From Haliotis rufescens (lineage: Eukaryota), in assembly GCF_023055435.1 (NCBI RefSeq), contig NW_025964372.1:45570001-45634000 (forward strand): a stretch of DNA of 64,000 nucleotides, given 5' to 3'. Shown here piece after piece: positions 23,491 through 35,814 of the stretch. A program made the position numbers and the translations under genes. How positions within the stretch are numbered: the stretch's first letter is position 1; each line of letters opens with the position of its first letter. A model generated the notes under the pieces. The model did no database searches. It was not told the origin of the DNA and saw only the letters and a list, made by a program, of their open reading frames with translations.

Positions 23491-24367
23491 TAAGATATCC
23501 GGAAATATCTACAAAAAGGAAATGAATTTTAACATGAATAACATTCAAATAGGTTGCATATTGTAACCAAGTTAATGAAAAATATTACCGGTATTTGATT
23601 TTACATGACTATGTGAATCTTGGTAATCAACAAGTTTGAATGTAATTAACAAATATTACTGGCATCAATGCATGTATAGAAAGTATTTCTTGATTCATGA
23701 AATCAACTTTTCACCCGAAAGAGATTCATTAACAATCCTGAGTTTGGTGTATTAGTAATGTTTACTGGTGTGTGCATTTTCATCAACGATTTATGATTAT
23801 TCGCATCGCCAGGAATTAAATCTTTATCCGATATCAGTTGACACAACTGTTAGGGTATTTCGAAAAGATCAAACGATAAAGAATGAATTAATCTAATAGA
23901 ATTTAATATCAACCAATTAAATCCCCAGAAGTAGATGCAGAAGTTGATGGCACTCCCAAGAAAGAAAATGAAAGACAAAACTGAACAATCCTGTCTTTTC
24001 ATCTTCCCAAAGCAAGGAGGGACTTTTCAAGTCTGTTAACTCCCTTGCCTCAGGAAGATGGTGCCTGATGCATGAAACCGATATATGACATATGATGATA
24101 TATGATCTGCACATAAATTATATCTCCAATTCACATCATATCATGCAAATAAAACCGAACAATGTGAGTAACAAAACAGATGAAAAATAAAAACACTACT
24201 TAATTTGGTTGCAGACAGGAATGTTTGTTTTTACAGTGCTGGTACAGTCTACAGTGTTGACATTAGCTAGTCCAGGGTAGTTTATGTTTGTTTCAAATAA
24301 AATGCTCACTTTATTGCATCTTATTGTACAGTTCTGTTGTTCTTTGTATGACTGACCCGTGAAGATC

Positions 24368-25620
24368 TATGGGCGGCCATTCGGTCAAAAACTACAAAGT
24401 TTATAAAAAGGACAAAAATATGCAATTAAGGTCAAATATTACGAATAAAGAACTAAATGTTACTTCTAAAGGACAAAATACAATATTAATAGTCAAATGT
24501 TTCCGAAAAGACGTCATAAGAAAAGAAAGAACAATGTGTACAAAAGGACGTTTTCAATAAAGAACGTCAGTGAGCACGAAAGGACGTTTTCAATAAAGAA
24601 CGTCAGTGAACCCGAAAGAACGTTGACAATAAAGACACAGTTTCCGAAAAGCTGTTAAAAATCAAACAAATTCTCGCACAACGATCACTTTTCAGATGAA
24701 AATGTGCGTCTGAAACAAAACTCGGCATCATAGCACCCTAGTGTTGCACCAAGCATGAACAGTTATTGGATCATTGTAGATGAATCCTAGGGCGCGTTGC
24801 AAGCCACGAATCGCTCAGAGAAAGCAAATTAATCGCTCATCCTGATGTCTGCAACAGTTCGAAGCGCTTGCCCACTCTTCCAAAATGGCGGCGCAACTAG
24901 CGCTTGGTTGCTTTGACGTAATGAAGAACGTAATAGAAGAGGCTCGATGACGAACTGATGGAATTTATGACTACTTTGAAGATGTAGAGCAGGCTGAGGA
25001 TGATGGGGTCTTCGCTCCTTTGCTGATTTCCTCGTTGATCCACTCAAGAACAGTGCGCTAACTTTCAGCCGCTTGCAAGCGAAACAATCGCTGGCTGAGG
25101 TCGCTTCGTTCTCAAACCAAAATGGCGGCTTACTTTGACAGCGGGATGTTGGATTACACAGTATACTGTATTTGTGAAAAGGCCCTTTAGCGGTGACAAA
25201 GCTAAATGTTTATACACAATGTGTTCATTATACAATATAAATACTTTTATATATATGTGTGACGTCAGACGGTGAGTGCAAGAGGAATGACGTAATACAT
25301 TGTGCACCTCGGAATGCATTTATCATATACACGGCGGAACAAGCCGATTAAACTCGGAATGTTTTGCAAATTGCAGCGCCATCTGGCGTTCTTTATTGTC
25401 AACGTCCTTTCGTGCTCACTGACGTTCTTTATTGAAAACGTCCTTTCGTACACATTGTTCTTTCTTTTCTTATGACGTCTTTTCGTAACATTTGACTATT
25501 AATATTGTATTTTGACCTTTAGTAGTAACATTTCGTTCTCTATTCGTAATATTTGACCTTAATTGCATATTTTTGTCCTTTTTTTAAACTTTGTATTTTT
25601 TGACCGAATGGCCGCCCATA
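24368..25620. mobile_element. Non-autonomous TAT...ATA element with long TIRs and 6-bp TSD (IS3EU-like ends), inserted in a family B SINE
   Basis: TATGGGCGGCCATTCGGTCAAAAA ... TTTTTGACCGAATGGCCGCCCATA; ~230-bp imperfect TIRs; TSD AAGATC. Confidence 0.88.
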
Positions 25621-25875
25621 AAGATCCGGGTAGAGAATAGGTCTTCAGCAACCCACGCTTACCGTAACAGGCGACTATGCTTGTCGTAAGAGGCGACTAA
25701 CGGGATCGAGTGGTCAGGCTCTCTGACTTGGTTGATGAATGTCATCGTATCCCATTTGCGTGGACCGATGCTCATGATGTCAATCACTGGATTGTCTGAT
25801 CCAGACTCGCTTATTTAGAGACCATCGTTATATAGCTTGAATATTGCTGAGTGCGGTGTTAAATAACAAACAAAC
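25621..25875 (+). mobile_element. SINE-like family B, 3' part (5' CCCGTGAAGATC at 24356-24367)
   Basis: Continues the family B consensus across the inserted element. Confidence 0.85.
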
Positions 25876-26489
25876 TTAGTATGTTGGTTTTTTTTTAGCA
25901 AAATGGTGATTGAAAATATATATAACGCATTTAATGATGCCCTTGTAGAGATATATCACCCTAAAATGCAGTCAAGTTAACAACAGCAACAATGAATGGC
26001 ATCAACCAGTGTGCCTACACAATATATACTCAGCATATCCCATGTGCACCCCTAACCCCACCCCTATTAGTACACTGGAAAACATTGGCCTAATGTTGGT
26101 ACACTGTTGGACTATTGTCACGTTGACAACATTGGACCAACATGAAAACACTCTGCAAATATTAAATTGGACCAAATATCATCTTCTAACATTGGACCAA
26201 TTGTAATATTCGTCAACATAATCCAATATCGCTGTTTGCTAGGAATGACTGATCGGCTCGCAGTCGGTATATATATTCGGGTGTAGGCTAAAACGGCACC
26301 TCAGCAAAATGTCACCGATTTCTCACATATATTCATACAGATTCTGTCTGTGTGGGCTATCTCTGCGGAACTTCTGCATTGATTCCCAGTAGGATAGGAC
26401 TATAAAAAAGCGCAATATTCTTGAACGCGACGACCCCGTTTCACGACCCTTTCTTTTTGACAATAAATAGTTGTAAGGAACATACTATA

Positions 26490-26622
26490 TGAAACCGGAA
26501 CTGGAAATCGACGAGTTAACATGGCAGCTTTACCCACGTGCGATTTCTTCATGTGTTGACATTTTTCACGAAATGCCTGTTAGAATATAATAACTGCCGC
26601 TTTAGCGGCTTCTCGCACACAG
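26490..26622 (+). promoter_or_regulatory. Probable SURF6 promoter and 5' UTR exon
   Basis: ETS-like ACCGGAA, YY1-like AACATGGC, strong donor CAG|gtgagg at 26622/26623 upstream of the SURF6 acceptor at 30178. Confidence 0.45.
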
Positions 26623-27181
26623 GTGAGGACAATACGTACTGGGAATCATTAGTGTTTGTACTTTTGGAATGCTGAATGCTAAATAATTATTTTACGGACT
26701 CCTCTGGCCCGCGCTTCGGCTTGCCTTGTAATGTTTAAGTATTTCGCTTGTTTCAATTTTCGTTCAATTTCGTCGTCACTTTAAGGGTATGGGATGCGCT
26801 CAGTCGTTTAATGAATGAAATAGTGTTTGTGACTTGTAGCTCCAGTGAGTCAGATATTGTCCACATAAATAGAAGTGGAGTACATTGGGCGGTCTTATTG
26901 AGCGCTACATCTGTTCTAGCGGAGAGCAGCGATAGGGTGCGACAGTCAAGACATGATCCTACATCACTTAGGGCCATGTCTTGACTGTCGGACCTCATCG
27001 TGGCATTTGGCTAGCGGCATCTATGTTCTTAAAATAAATCACTTGTTTTAGACAAGAGTGTTAGGAAGTAAGTACAATGTTTCTGAAGAGGTAGTTGTGC
27101 ATGGTAATACAGATGTGTACCCCAGGTACGTTTGTGTAGTCAGAAATGTACCCTAGCCAAAATCAGAATACAGATAGGTAC

Positions 27182-27603
27182 TAGGGCTGGGACGAGTCCA
27201 AATTTACTGCCCGGGTACCCACCCCCCTATTACCCGACCCTACCCGGGTACCCACTGTAGGTCTCAGGAGATGTCTCAAAATGTCCGATTGGGAACATGT
27301 TAAGAATAGCCCTGGCAAAACGTATTTAGATACATGTATTTAAACATGCTGGTCATTCATACACTGAAGTTTAATTAAGTTATATCTTTATTCAACCATA
27401 TGAAAAATCAGAAGGAATGGATGCATTGTCAGAAAGAAATGCAAACATTAGTGACTTGTAGTGTAACTGTAGAGTTTTAGATAACTTTTGTCAATCAACA
27501 ATATATCACGTGACTAACCACGGGTCCGGGCAGTCCTGTGGGTACCAGGGTCCTACTTAGTACCCACCCAACCTGGGTACCCGAGTTACCCGTCCCAGCC
27601 CTA
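27182..27603. mobile_element. hAT-like MITE
   Basis: TIRs TAGGGCTGGGACG / CGTCCCAGCCCTA, subterminal GGGTACCC motifs, ATAGGTAC on both sides (offset by 8 nt on the right). Confidence 0.65.
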
Positions 27604-28619
27604 ATCTGCTAATAGGTACCCAGTACACTAAATGGCGGACGAGTCCATATACCTCAACCAGAAATCCAAACCTTTTTATGTTGACATTTGTTGTAGTTCC
27701 GGGTCGCCTGCTGACGAGTGCATGCTGGATAATGCTGTGCTTCGTGAAATATTACGTCACTGTGTATGCTCGTTTTTTAATATATGTGGGTTTCTAAATC
27801 CTGCATGAAATAATTTCAGAGTGTGACGTCTAATGCCTGATTCAATTCTCAAACCAAACCACAAGAGCTCTGCACAGTGAAGCCAATGACGCAAGCGCTG
27901 GACAGAGTAAACTAGCTTCAGTCTTGTTTTTTACTAGAGGCAAACTGAAGAGAAAGCTTGGTTTTTTTCATACGGATGAGTTTCAAAAGACTGATTGCCA
28001 CCTTGCTTATATTAGAAGCTAGTGTTTATCAAAGACTTATTAATATCAAAGGTTACAATATTAAATTGCCTTGGTCGTATGAAGTCACTCTCCTTGCAGT
28101 CAGTCGAGTACGTCTCACTTCGTCACATCTTACACAGTCCATTCATGTGTTTTTCATGTATCATTTTGGACAAGTCTACACATTTAGATAAGCAGACTGT
28201 CATGAAACGTTTAACTTTCATTGAGAAAACATCCTAAAATGTGAAAAACTATTTCCATTTGCATATTTATCCTCTACTACTTCTCATCAAAGCCCAACGG
28301 ATAGGTAGCGATGTACGTCACTTTGATGAAAGGTATATTGTGTCATGCACCTCAATTTTTATACCCGTGCTGATTAACAATATGAATATGCAGAACAATA
28401 CCAAACACTATCATTCATACCAATGCTTGTTGATTTCACCAAAGTGGTATACAGCTAAAATCCTAATTATTTCATACCTTCCTCTAATATGAAGCTGACA
28501 TGCAGTGATAACGGAAACACTGTTCCAAGCTGCAATAAACAAAGATCACTCACTCACAGACAGTCGTGGCTTGCCCACTTGGCATAAGTGTGTGTCTGTG
28601 ACTGTATGTTTGAGTTAAT

Positions 28620-30171
28620 AGATGCTGAACACTTTATTTGACTGTAAGTTTGAATTGAAAGACACAACAGTGTATTTTTGATGTAATGCCAGTAGGCACT
28701 GAACAGTGTTAGTTTGATTTGAAAGACACACCGCTGTGTTTTTGATGTGATGCTAATAGGCACTGAACACTGTTAGTTTGATTTGAAAGGCACAACAGTG
28801 TATTTTGGATGTAATAGGTACTGAACACTGTTAGTTTGATTTGAAAGACACAACAGTGTATTTTGGATGTAATAGGTACTGAACACTGTTAGTTTGATTT
28901 GAAAGACACAACAGTGTATTTTGGATGTAATAGGTACTGAACACTGTTAGTTTGATTTGAAAGACACAACAGTGTATTTTGGATGTAATAGGCACTGAAC
29001 ACTGTAAGTTTGATTTGAAAGACACAACAGTGTATTTTGGATGTAATAGGTACTGAACACTGTAAGTTTGATTTGAAAGACACAACAGTGTATTTTGGAT
29101 GTAATAGGTACTGAACACTGTAAGTTTGATTTGAAAGACACAACAGTGTATTTTGGATGTAATAGGTACTGAACACTGTTAGTTTGATTTGAAAGGCACA
29201 ACAGTGTATTTTGGATGTAATAGGTACTGAACACTGTTAGTTTGATTTGAAAGACAACAGTGTATTTTGGATGTAATAGGCACTGAACACTGTAAGTTTG
29301 ATTTGAAAGACACAACATTGTATTTTGGATGTAATAGGCACTGAACACTGTAAGTTTGATTTGAAAGACACAACAGTGTATTTTGGATGTAATAGGCACT
29401 GAACACTGTAAGTTTGATTTGAAAGACACAGCAGTGTATTTTGGAAGTAATAGGTACTGAACACTGTAAGTTTGATTTGAAAGACACAACAGTGTATTTT
29501 GGATGTAATAGGCACTGAACACTGTAAGTTTGATTTGAAAGACACAACAGTGTATTTTGGATGTAATAGGCACTGAACACTGTTAGTTTGATTTGAAAGA
29601 CACAACAGTGTATTTTGGATGTAATAGGTACTGAACACTGTTAGTTTGATTTGAAAGACACAACAGTTTATTTTGGATGTAATAGGCACTGAACACTGTA
29701 AGTTTGATTTGAAAGACACAACAGTGTATTTTGGATGTAATAGGCACTGAACACTGTTAGTTTGATTTGAAAGACACAACATTGTATTTTGGATGTAATA
29801 GGTACTGAACACTGTTAGTTTGATTTGAAAGACACAACAGTTTATTTTGGATGTAATAGGCACTGAACACTGTAAGTTTGATTTGAAAGACACAACAGTG
29901 TATTTTGGATGTTATAGGCACTGAACACTGTAAGTTTGATTTGAAAGACACAACAGTGTATTTTGGATGTAATAGGTACTGAACACTGTAAGTTTGATTT
30001 GAAAGACAACAGTGTATTTTGGATGTAATCATGCTAATAGGTACTTAACCCTGTAAGTTTGATTTGAAAGACACAACAGTGTATTATGGATGTAATAGAA
30101 CACTGTTAGTTTGTTTTGAAAGACACAACAGTGTATTTTGGATGGAATAGGTACTGAACACTGTTTGATTT
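28620..30171. repeat. 58-bp tandem satellite (~27 copies)
   Basis: Unit TTAGTTTGATTTGAAAGACACAACAGTGTATTTTGGATGTAATAGGTACTGAACACTG. Confidence 0.95.
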
Positions 30172-30206
30172 GTTACAGAGTTCAGCAACTGTTTGAACTT
30201 GGCATC

Positions 30207-30357
30207 ATGGCTGGGAGTTCTATGGACAGTTTTGATCAAGACAACAAGTTCTTTAAGGGCTTGTTGGACATGGTACCAGCACGAGTTCTCTTTGATGAAG
30301 AAACAAAGAGGAAGATAAGGGGGGAGGACGAGGAGGAAGAAGACTCCGGCCAGCATG
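30207..30357 (+). CDS. SURF6: Surfeit locus protein 6 (nucleolar, Rrp14 family), coding exon 1
   Basis: MAGSSMDSFDQDNKFFKGLLDMVPARVLF (Rrp14-N-like F-x-x-LLD-x-x-PA); donor G|gtcagt, phase 1. Confidence 0.75.
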
Positions 30358-30424
30358 GTCAGTATGGTTGTGTAATATAAGACTACATATCGTGGGGATT
30401 CATGGGCAGAATAGGTCACTCAGT

Positions 30425-30675
30425 GTCTATTTGTTGTTTTGTTGAATGTGAACTCAACAATATTCAAGCTATATGATGGTGGTCTGTAAAGAATTAAGTC
30501 TGGATCAGATAATCCAGTGTTTGACATCATGAGCATCGATCTATGCAATTGGGATGTGATGACATGCATCAACCAAGTCAGCGAGCCTGACCACCCAATC
30601 ATGTACGTCACATCTTACAACAGCGCAGTCGCCTGTTACAGCAAGCAAAGGTTGCTGAAAATTGATTCTAACCCA
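30425..30675 (-). mobile_element. SINE-like family B (degenerate)
   Basis: Reverse match to family B. Confidence 0.7.
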
Positions 30676-31491
30676 TGGCTGGTGCCCTGATTGCCTTGTT
30701 GTTGTCAGACTGAGACGATGAACATGACAACATAATCTACAAAGGACCTAGTTGTAACAACGGCTGTTTCTTTGCAAGTTACACTGTTTTTATTGACAAA
30801 AGATCAGGACATGTGTGGCCAAGATGTCGTGGGTGAAAAGATTAAACAGTTCATTTGTCAAGACTTGCCTCCCTTAGCTGTGTCAGGATCTGCTGATCAT
30901 GGGATGAAATACTATCTTTGCATCCATTTATATCCTTGGGCCTGCTCTAGCCCATCACCAGTGCTCATGGGATGAAATACTATCTTTGCATCCATTTATA
31001 TCCTTGGGCCTGCTCTAGCCCATCACCGGTGCTCATGCGTTTCACGTCAAGTTGTACATGTCTGCGACCAGAAGTGCTTGAGGTTTGCTAACCCCAGTAG
31101 CAAGGATGCCCACCATTATGATCTTGGTCTATTAGTTACCATGGTTACAATTATGAGGCTACGTTTTTTCTCATTCTTTTCCAAAGTTATTAACATGCAT
31201 TAAAATAAATATCACAGAGAACAAATTGTAAATGCACAAGCGACATGAGGCATTCAACAGCAAAACTGTACTGACCAATGAGAGCCATGCTTTCAATTGA
31301 CATGGTGTTGAAATGTCCATTATACAGTAATATGAGGTCTCCGATTGGTAGCAATGTTAAAGGACACTCAAGTCATTATATTTAGGGAAGGCATCTCTGC
31401 AAAAGGCTTATACATATAACTGATAATGCTGTTGAAAGAGACTGAATTATAGAAAGTTGAATGTCTTTGTAAATTTCACGTTCTATTGCAG

Positions 31492-31605
31492 GCTCAAAAA
31501 AGAAAGGGAAACAGGAAAAAAGAAAAAAAACAAAATTTGATCCGTTGCAGAGAAAGACTGTGACCCAGCTCCAGGAAGAACTGGAACAGAGAGAAGGACA
31601 GTCTT
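31492..31605 (+). CDS. SURF6: SURF6 coding exon 2
   Basis: tattgcag|GC TCA...TCT T|gtaaga; KKTKFDPLQRKTVTQLQ; phase 1-1. Confidence 0.8.
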
Positions 31606-32060
31606 GTAAGAGTTACTCCCCTTGTCCCACAATGCTTTCACATATTCTTAGGGATTGTTGAGAAGGAATTTATGGAGGAGTTTGAGAGTAATCATGTTGG
31701 AACACAATCATGACAATAAGTCTTGACACTGACAGATTTAGACACGGCCAAAATTCGATGAATTGCCTTTACTATTGTTACTATATCATCTACCGAAAAT
31801 GTCACAAGTTTTTGCAGTCGGGTTTCTTCATTTGTTTTGGCGTGTATGCAGATTAAAATGCCTACTGAAAATGATTTTGAAGAAAAATATTGCTGTTTTG
31901 CAAAATGGTTAATTTTCCAGAACACGCTGCTGATGTTTAAAAGTTTATTACTCCAGAATTGTTTTGGGATGAACATTATGAAGTTTTATTATTTCTTGAA
32001 TTATGAGTTGGTGAAGTTCTCTTTAGTCTAAGGTTTTATTTGCTTAAATCTATTTTGCAG

Positions 32061-32186
32061 TCACTCAGCTAAAAAAGAGTAAACACAAGAAGAAGCAAGC
32101 AGGTGCTGAACAAAAAATCCGCAGCATCACCCACGACCTCGAGGAGCTGAGGTCACGTCTGCAGGCTCGCATCTCCGAACTCTCAG
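32061..32186 (+). CDS. SURF6: SURF6 coding exon 3
   Basis: ttttgcag|TC ACT...TCA G|gtagag; LEELRSRLQARISELSG; phase 1-1. Confidence 0.82.
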
Positions 32187-32928
32187 GTAGAGCATCCCTG
32201 TATGGCAGAGTCAGGGGTAGAGCATCCCTGTAGGGCAGAGTCAGGGGTAGAGCATCCCTGTAGGGCAGAGTCAGGGGTAGAGCATCCCAGTAGGGCAGAG
32301 TCAGGGGTAGAGCATCCCTGTAGGGCAGAGTCAGGGGTAGAGCATCCCTGTAGGGTAGAGTCAGGGGTAGAGCATCCCTGTAGGGTAGAGTCAGGGATAG
32401 AGCATCCCTGTAGGGTAGAGTCAGGGGTAGAGCATCCCTGTAGGGCAGAGTCAGGGGTAGAGCATCCCTGTAGGGCAGAGTCAGGGGTAGAGCATCCCTG
32501 TAGGGCAGAGTCAGGGGTAGAGCATCCCTGTAGGGTAGAGTCAGGGGTAGAGCATCCCTGTAGGGCAGAGTCAGGGGTAGAGCATCCCTGAAGGGCAGAG
32601 TCAGGGGTAAAGCAGCCCAGCAGGGCAGAGTCAGGGATAGAGCATCCCTGTAGGGTAGAGTCAGGGGTAGAGCATCCCAGTAGGGCAGAGTCAGGGGTAG
32701 AGCATCCCTGTAGGGCAGAGTCAGGGGTAGAGCATCCCTGTAGGGTAGAGTCAGGGGTAGAGCATCCCTGTAGGGTAGAGTCAGGGATAGAGCATCCCTG
32801 TAGGGCAGAGTCAGGGATAGAGCATCCCTGTAGGGTAGAGTCACGGGTAGAGCAGCCCAGCAGGGCAGAGTCAGGGGTAGAGCATCCCTGTAGGGCAGAG
32901 TCAGGGATAGAGCATCCCTGTATGGCAG
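32187..32928. repeat. 30-bp minisatellite (~25 copies)
   Basis: Unit GTAGAGCATCCCTGTAGGGCAGAGTCAGGG. Confidence 0.95.
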
Positions 32929-33196
32929 ACCGCCTCCGTGGTCTAGTGGTCTAGTGGTAGAGTGTCTGCCCGGAGAGCAAGGTCTGGGGTTCGATCCCAG
33001 CCGCGTCATATAAAAAGACATTAAAAGATGGTACTTGTTGTTACCCTGTCTGGTGCTCGGCATTAAGGGGCTAAAACAGGGATTGGTCGTCTCAGAGTCA
33101 GTATACTGTGTCTGAGTGGGGTATTCATGTTAAACTGCGGCATGGTATCTCAGTGAGCTAGCACTATAAATTGGCATCAGTCCAGACTAGTACAAG
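32929..33196 (+). mobile_element. tRNA-headed SINE family D
   Basis: GGTTCGATCCC B-box then GTCATA..AAAGAC..TAAAAGATGGTACTTG; same as 62052-62380. Confidence 0.8.
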
Positions 33197-34180
33197 AGGT
33201 TAGGGGCAGAATACTGTCCTTGTTGTAGGGAGTCAGGGTCAGAGGTTAGGGGCAGAATACTGTCCTTGTAGGGTGTAAGGGTTAGAGGTTAGGTGCAGAG
33301 TACTGTCCTTGTTGTAGGGAGTCAGGGTTAGAGGTTAGGGGCAGAGTACTGTCCTTGTTGTAGGGAGTCAGGGTTAGAGGTTAGGGGCAGAGTACCGTCC
33401 TTGTTGTAGGGAGTCAGGGTTAGAGGTTAGGGGCAGAGTACTGTCCTTGTTGTAGGGGGTTAGAGGTTAGGGACAGAATAATGTCCTTGTTGTAGGGAGT
33501 CAGGGTCAGAGGTTAGGGGCAGAATTCTGTCCTTGTAGGGAGTCAGGGTTAGAGGTTAGGGTCAGAGTACTGTCCTTGTTGTAGGAAGTCAGGGTTAGAG
33601 GTTAGGGGCAGAGTACTGTCCTTGTTGTAGGGAGTCAGGGTTAGAGGTTAGGGGCAGAGTACTGTCCTTGTTGTAGGGAGTTAGGGTTAGAGGTTAGAGA
33701 CAGAGTACTGTCCTTGTTGTAGGGAGTTAGGGTTAGAGGTTAGAGACAGAGTACTGTCCTTGTTGTAGGGAGTCAGGGTTAGAGGTTAGGGGCAGAGTAC
33801 TGTCCTTGTTGTAGGGAGTCAGGGTTAGAGGTTAGAGACAGAGTACTGTCCTTGTTGTAGGGAGTTAGGGTTAGAGGTTAGAGACAGAGTACTGTCCTTG
33901 TTGTAGGGAGTCAGGGTTAGAGGTTAGAGACAGAGTACTGTCCTTGTTGTAGGGAGTCAGGGTTAGAGGTTAGAGACAGAGTACTGTCCTTGTTGTAGGG
34001 AGTCAGGGTTAGAGGTTAGAGGCAGAGTAGTTTTCCTTGTTGTAGGGAGTCAGGGTTAGAGGTTAGGGGCAGAGTACTGTCCTTGTTGTAGGGAGTCTGG
34101 GTTAGAGGTTAGAGGCAGAGTAGTTTTCCTTGTTGTAGGGAGTCGAGGTTGGAAGTTAGCGGCAGAGTAGTGTCCTTGTA
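33195..34180. repeat. 46-bp G-rich minisatellite
   Basis: Unit AGAGGTTAGGGGCAGAGTACTGTCCTTGTTGTAGGGAGTCAGGGTT. Confidence 0.93.
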
Positions 34181-34772
34181 CACCATGCTGTTGGGACTCC
34201 AAGATCAAGATGAAGGTTCAGGGTCAGGGGTTTATACATTAACAATGTATATACAGAACACTGATTGCTAAATATTCAGTCGAAAATTTCTATTGATACT
34301 TGTTGAATTATCTGGTGTTCCTGACCCTGCAATAAACTTTCAAAGAGTCAACTTTTCGAGTGTCCCAGGCATGAAAACAGGCGTTTGTGACCTTCCATAT
34401 ATCTTCAGGCTGTCTGTGTATGCTTCAACTGATCTAGATTTTATAGTAGTATAGCGCCACCTGTAAGCATGGCAGAACACGCAGATGTGGCCACTGAGGA
34501 CACCTCTTACCTTTGATAATGATCCCTTCATTTAAAACAGTTTTGTTCTTGCAGTTTACTTTTTAAACGTTTTTGAGATAACAATAGATGTATGAAGCAA
34601 GAGATTTTAGAGCTGTATTTCAGTGAGTTCTTCATTTCTTTCTATTTGTATCGTGGTACAAATGGTATTGTCAGTCTGTTTTGTGATACGAATTGTATTG
34701 CAAGATACCAGGTGATACTCAGCTCTAGATACAAACATACATAATTTTGTGTCCATTCTCAATCACTCTGCA

Positions 34773-34952
34773 GGGGCGGTCGGGTAGCCTAGTGGTTAAA
34801 GCGTTCGCTCGTCACGCCGAAGACCCGGGTTCGATTCCCGACATGGGTACAATGTGTGAAGCCCATTTCTGGTGTCCCCCGCCGTGATGTTGCTGGAATA
34901 TTGCTAAAAACGGCGTAAAACCATACTCACTCACTCACTCACTCACTCACTC
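34773..34952 (+). mobile_element. tRNA-derived SINE family A
   Basis: A/B boxes (TAGCCTAGTGG, GGTTCGATTCC), (ACTC)n tail, imperfect TSD TCAATC..TCTGCA. Confidence 0.88.
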
Positions 34953-35069
34953 AATCTTTCTGCATAAGGGAAGCACTATTTTGCCTCTGGGGAAATCCTG
35001 ACCAGACCCTGTGATATATACAGCAGCACTTCCTACTTATATAGTGACTTTGTTGTCTTGTTTCCACAG

Positions 35070-35713
35070 GAAAGAAGAGTAAGCTGACTGACAGGGAATC
35101 GAAGGAGAAGATCAGGCTGATGAAGAAGAATAAGAAGTTGAAGCTTAAGTTACGCGGTGCACAGAAGCAGAATAAACACAAGGGTGAACACGGACAGCAG
35201 ACAAACGCTGACGATTCCCCATCTCCGTCGGAGCCGTTAATGGTCTCCGAGAAACCTGTGTATAACAAGGAAGGCAAGCTTGTCTTCAGTAAGTTTGATT
35301 TCACGGATTCGGGGGAGGTTGAAAAACCAAAGACAGATTTACGGGGCAAAAATTACAAAAGACTGTTAGAAAAATTAGAAAAACGGAAAAAGAAGGCTGA
35401 AGAAGTGCGCGAGAAGAGTGTTGATGCTGCGCAAAAGTTGGAGGACAAGACAACGTGGAAAACTGCTTTGTTGAAGGCAGAGGGAGAGAAAGTTAAGGAC
35501 AATGAGAATCTGCTGAAGAAAGCAGTGAAACGGAAAGAAAAAGATAAAAAAAAGCGTCAGAAATCGTGGGAGTCCCGCACACAGCAAGTGGATCAGGACC
35601 AGAAAAAGAGGCAAGACAAGAGGAAGTTCAATTTGGATGCAAGGAAGAAACAAAAGCTAGATAAGAAAAAGAAAAAGGCGGTTAAAAAGGGGAGGCTCAT
35701 TCCAGGGTTTTGA
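35070..35713 (+). CDS. SURF6: SURF6 terminal coding exon (SURF6 domain); total protein 344 aa
   Basis: tttccacag|GA AAG; LVFSKFDF...KNYKRLLEKLEK...WKTALLKAEGEKVKD..LLKKAVKRKEK...W...RQDKRKFNL...KKGRLIPGF*; AATAAA follows at ~35737. Confidence 0.95.
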
Positions 35714-35814
35714 TATTGAATCTATTTGTACAGGAAAATAAAATAAAGTTGTACATATTCAGTTTGGCTTTATTTGATTTGTTTTATATTAGTCTTTTGT
35801 CTGTTAATCTGTGT

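Noticed and set aside
28620-30171. 58-bp array as CRISPR or as coding ORFs
   Set aside because: Head-to-tail identical units without spacers; the ORFs cycle through frames as expected for a satellite.
32065-33063. 332-aa minus-strand ORF with LPYRDALPLT repeats
   Set aside because: Antisense translation of the 30-bp minisatellite plus a SINE, overlapping a SURF6 exon.
34773-34845. tRNA gene (Asp-like GTC loop) here and at similar copies
   Set aside because: The head runs into a shared body and (ACTC)n tail with TSDs and lacks a proper acceptor stem; these are SINEs.
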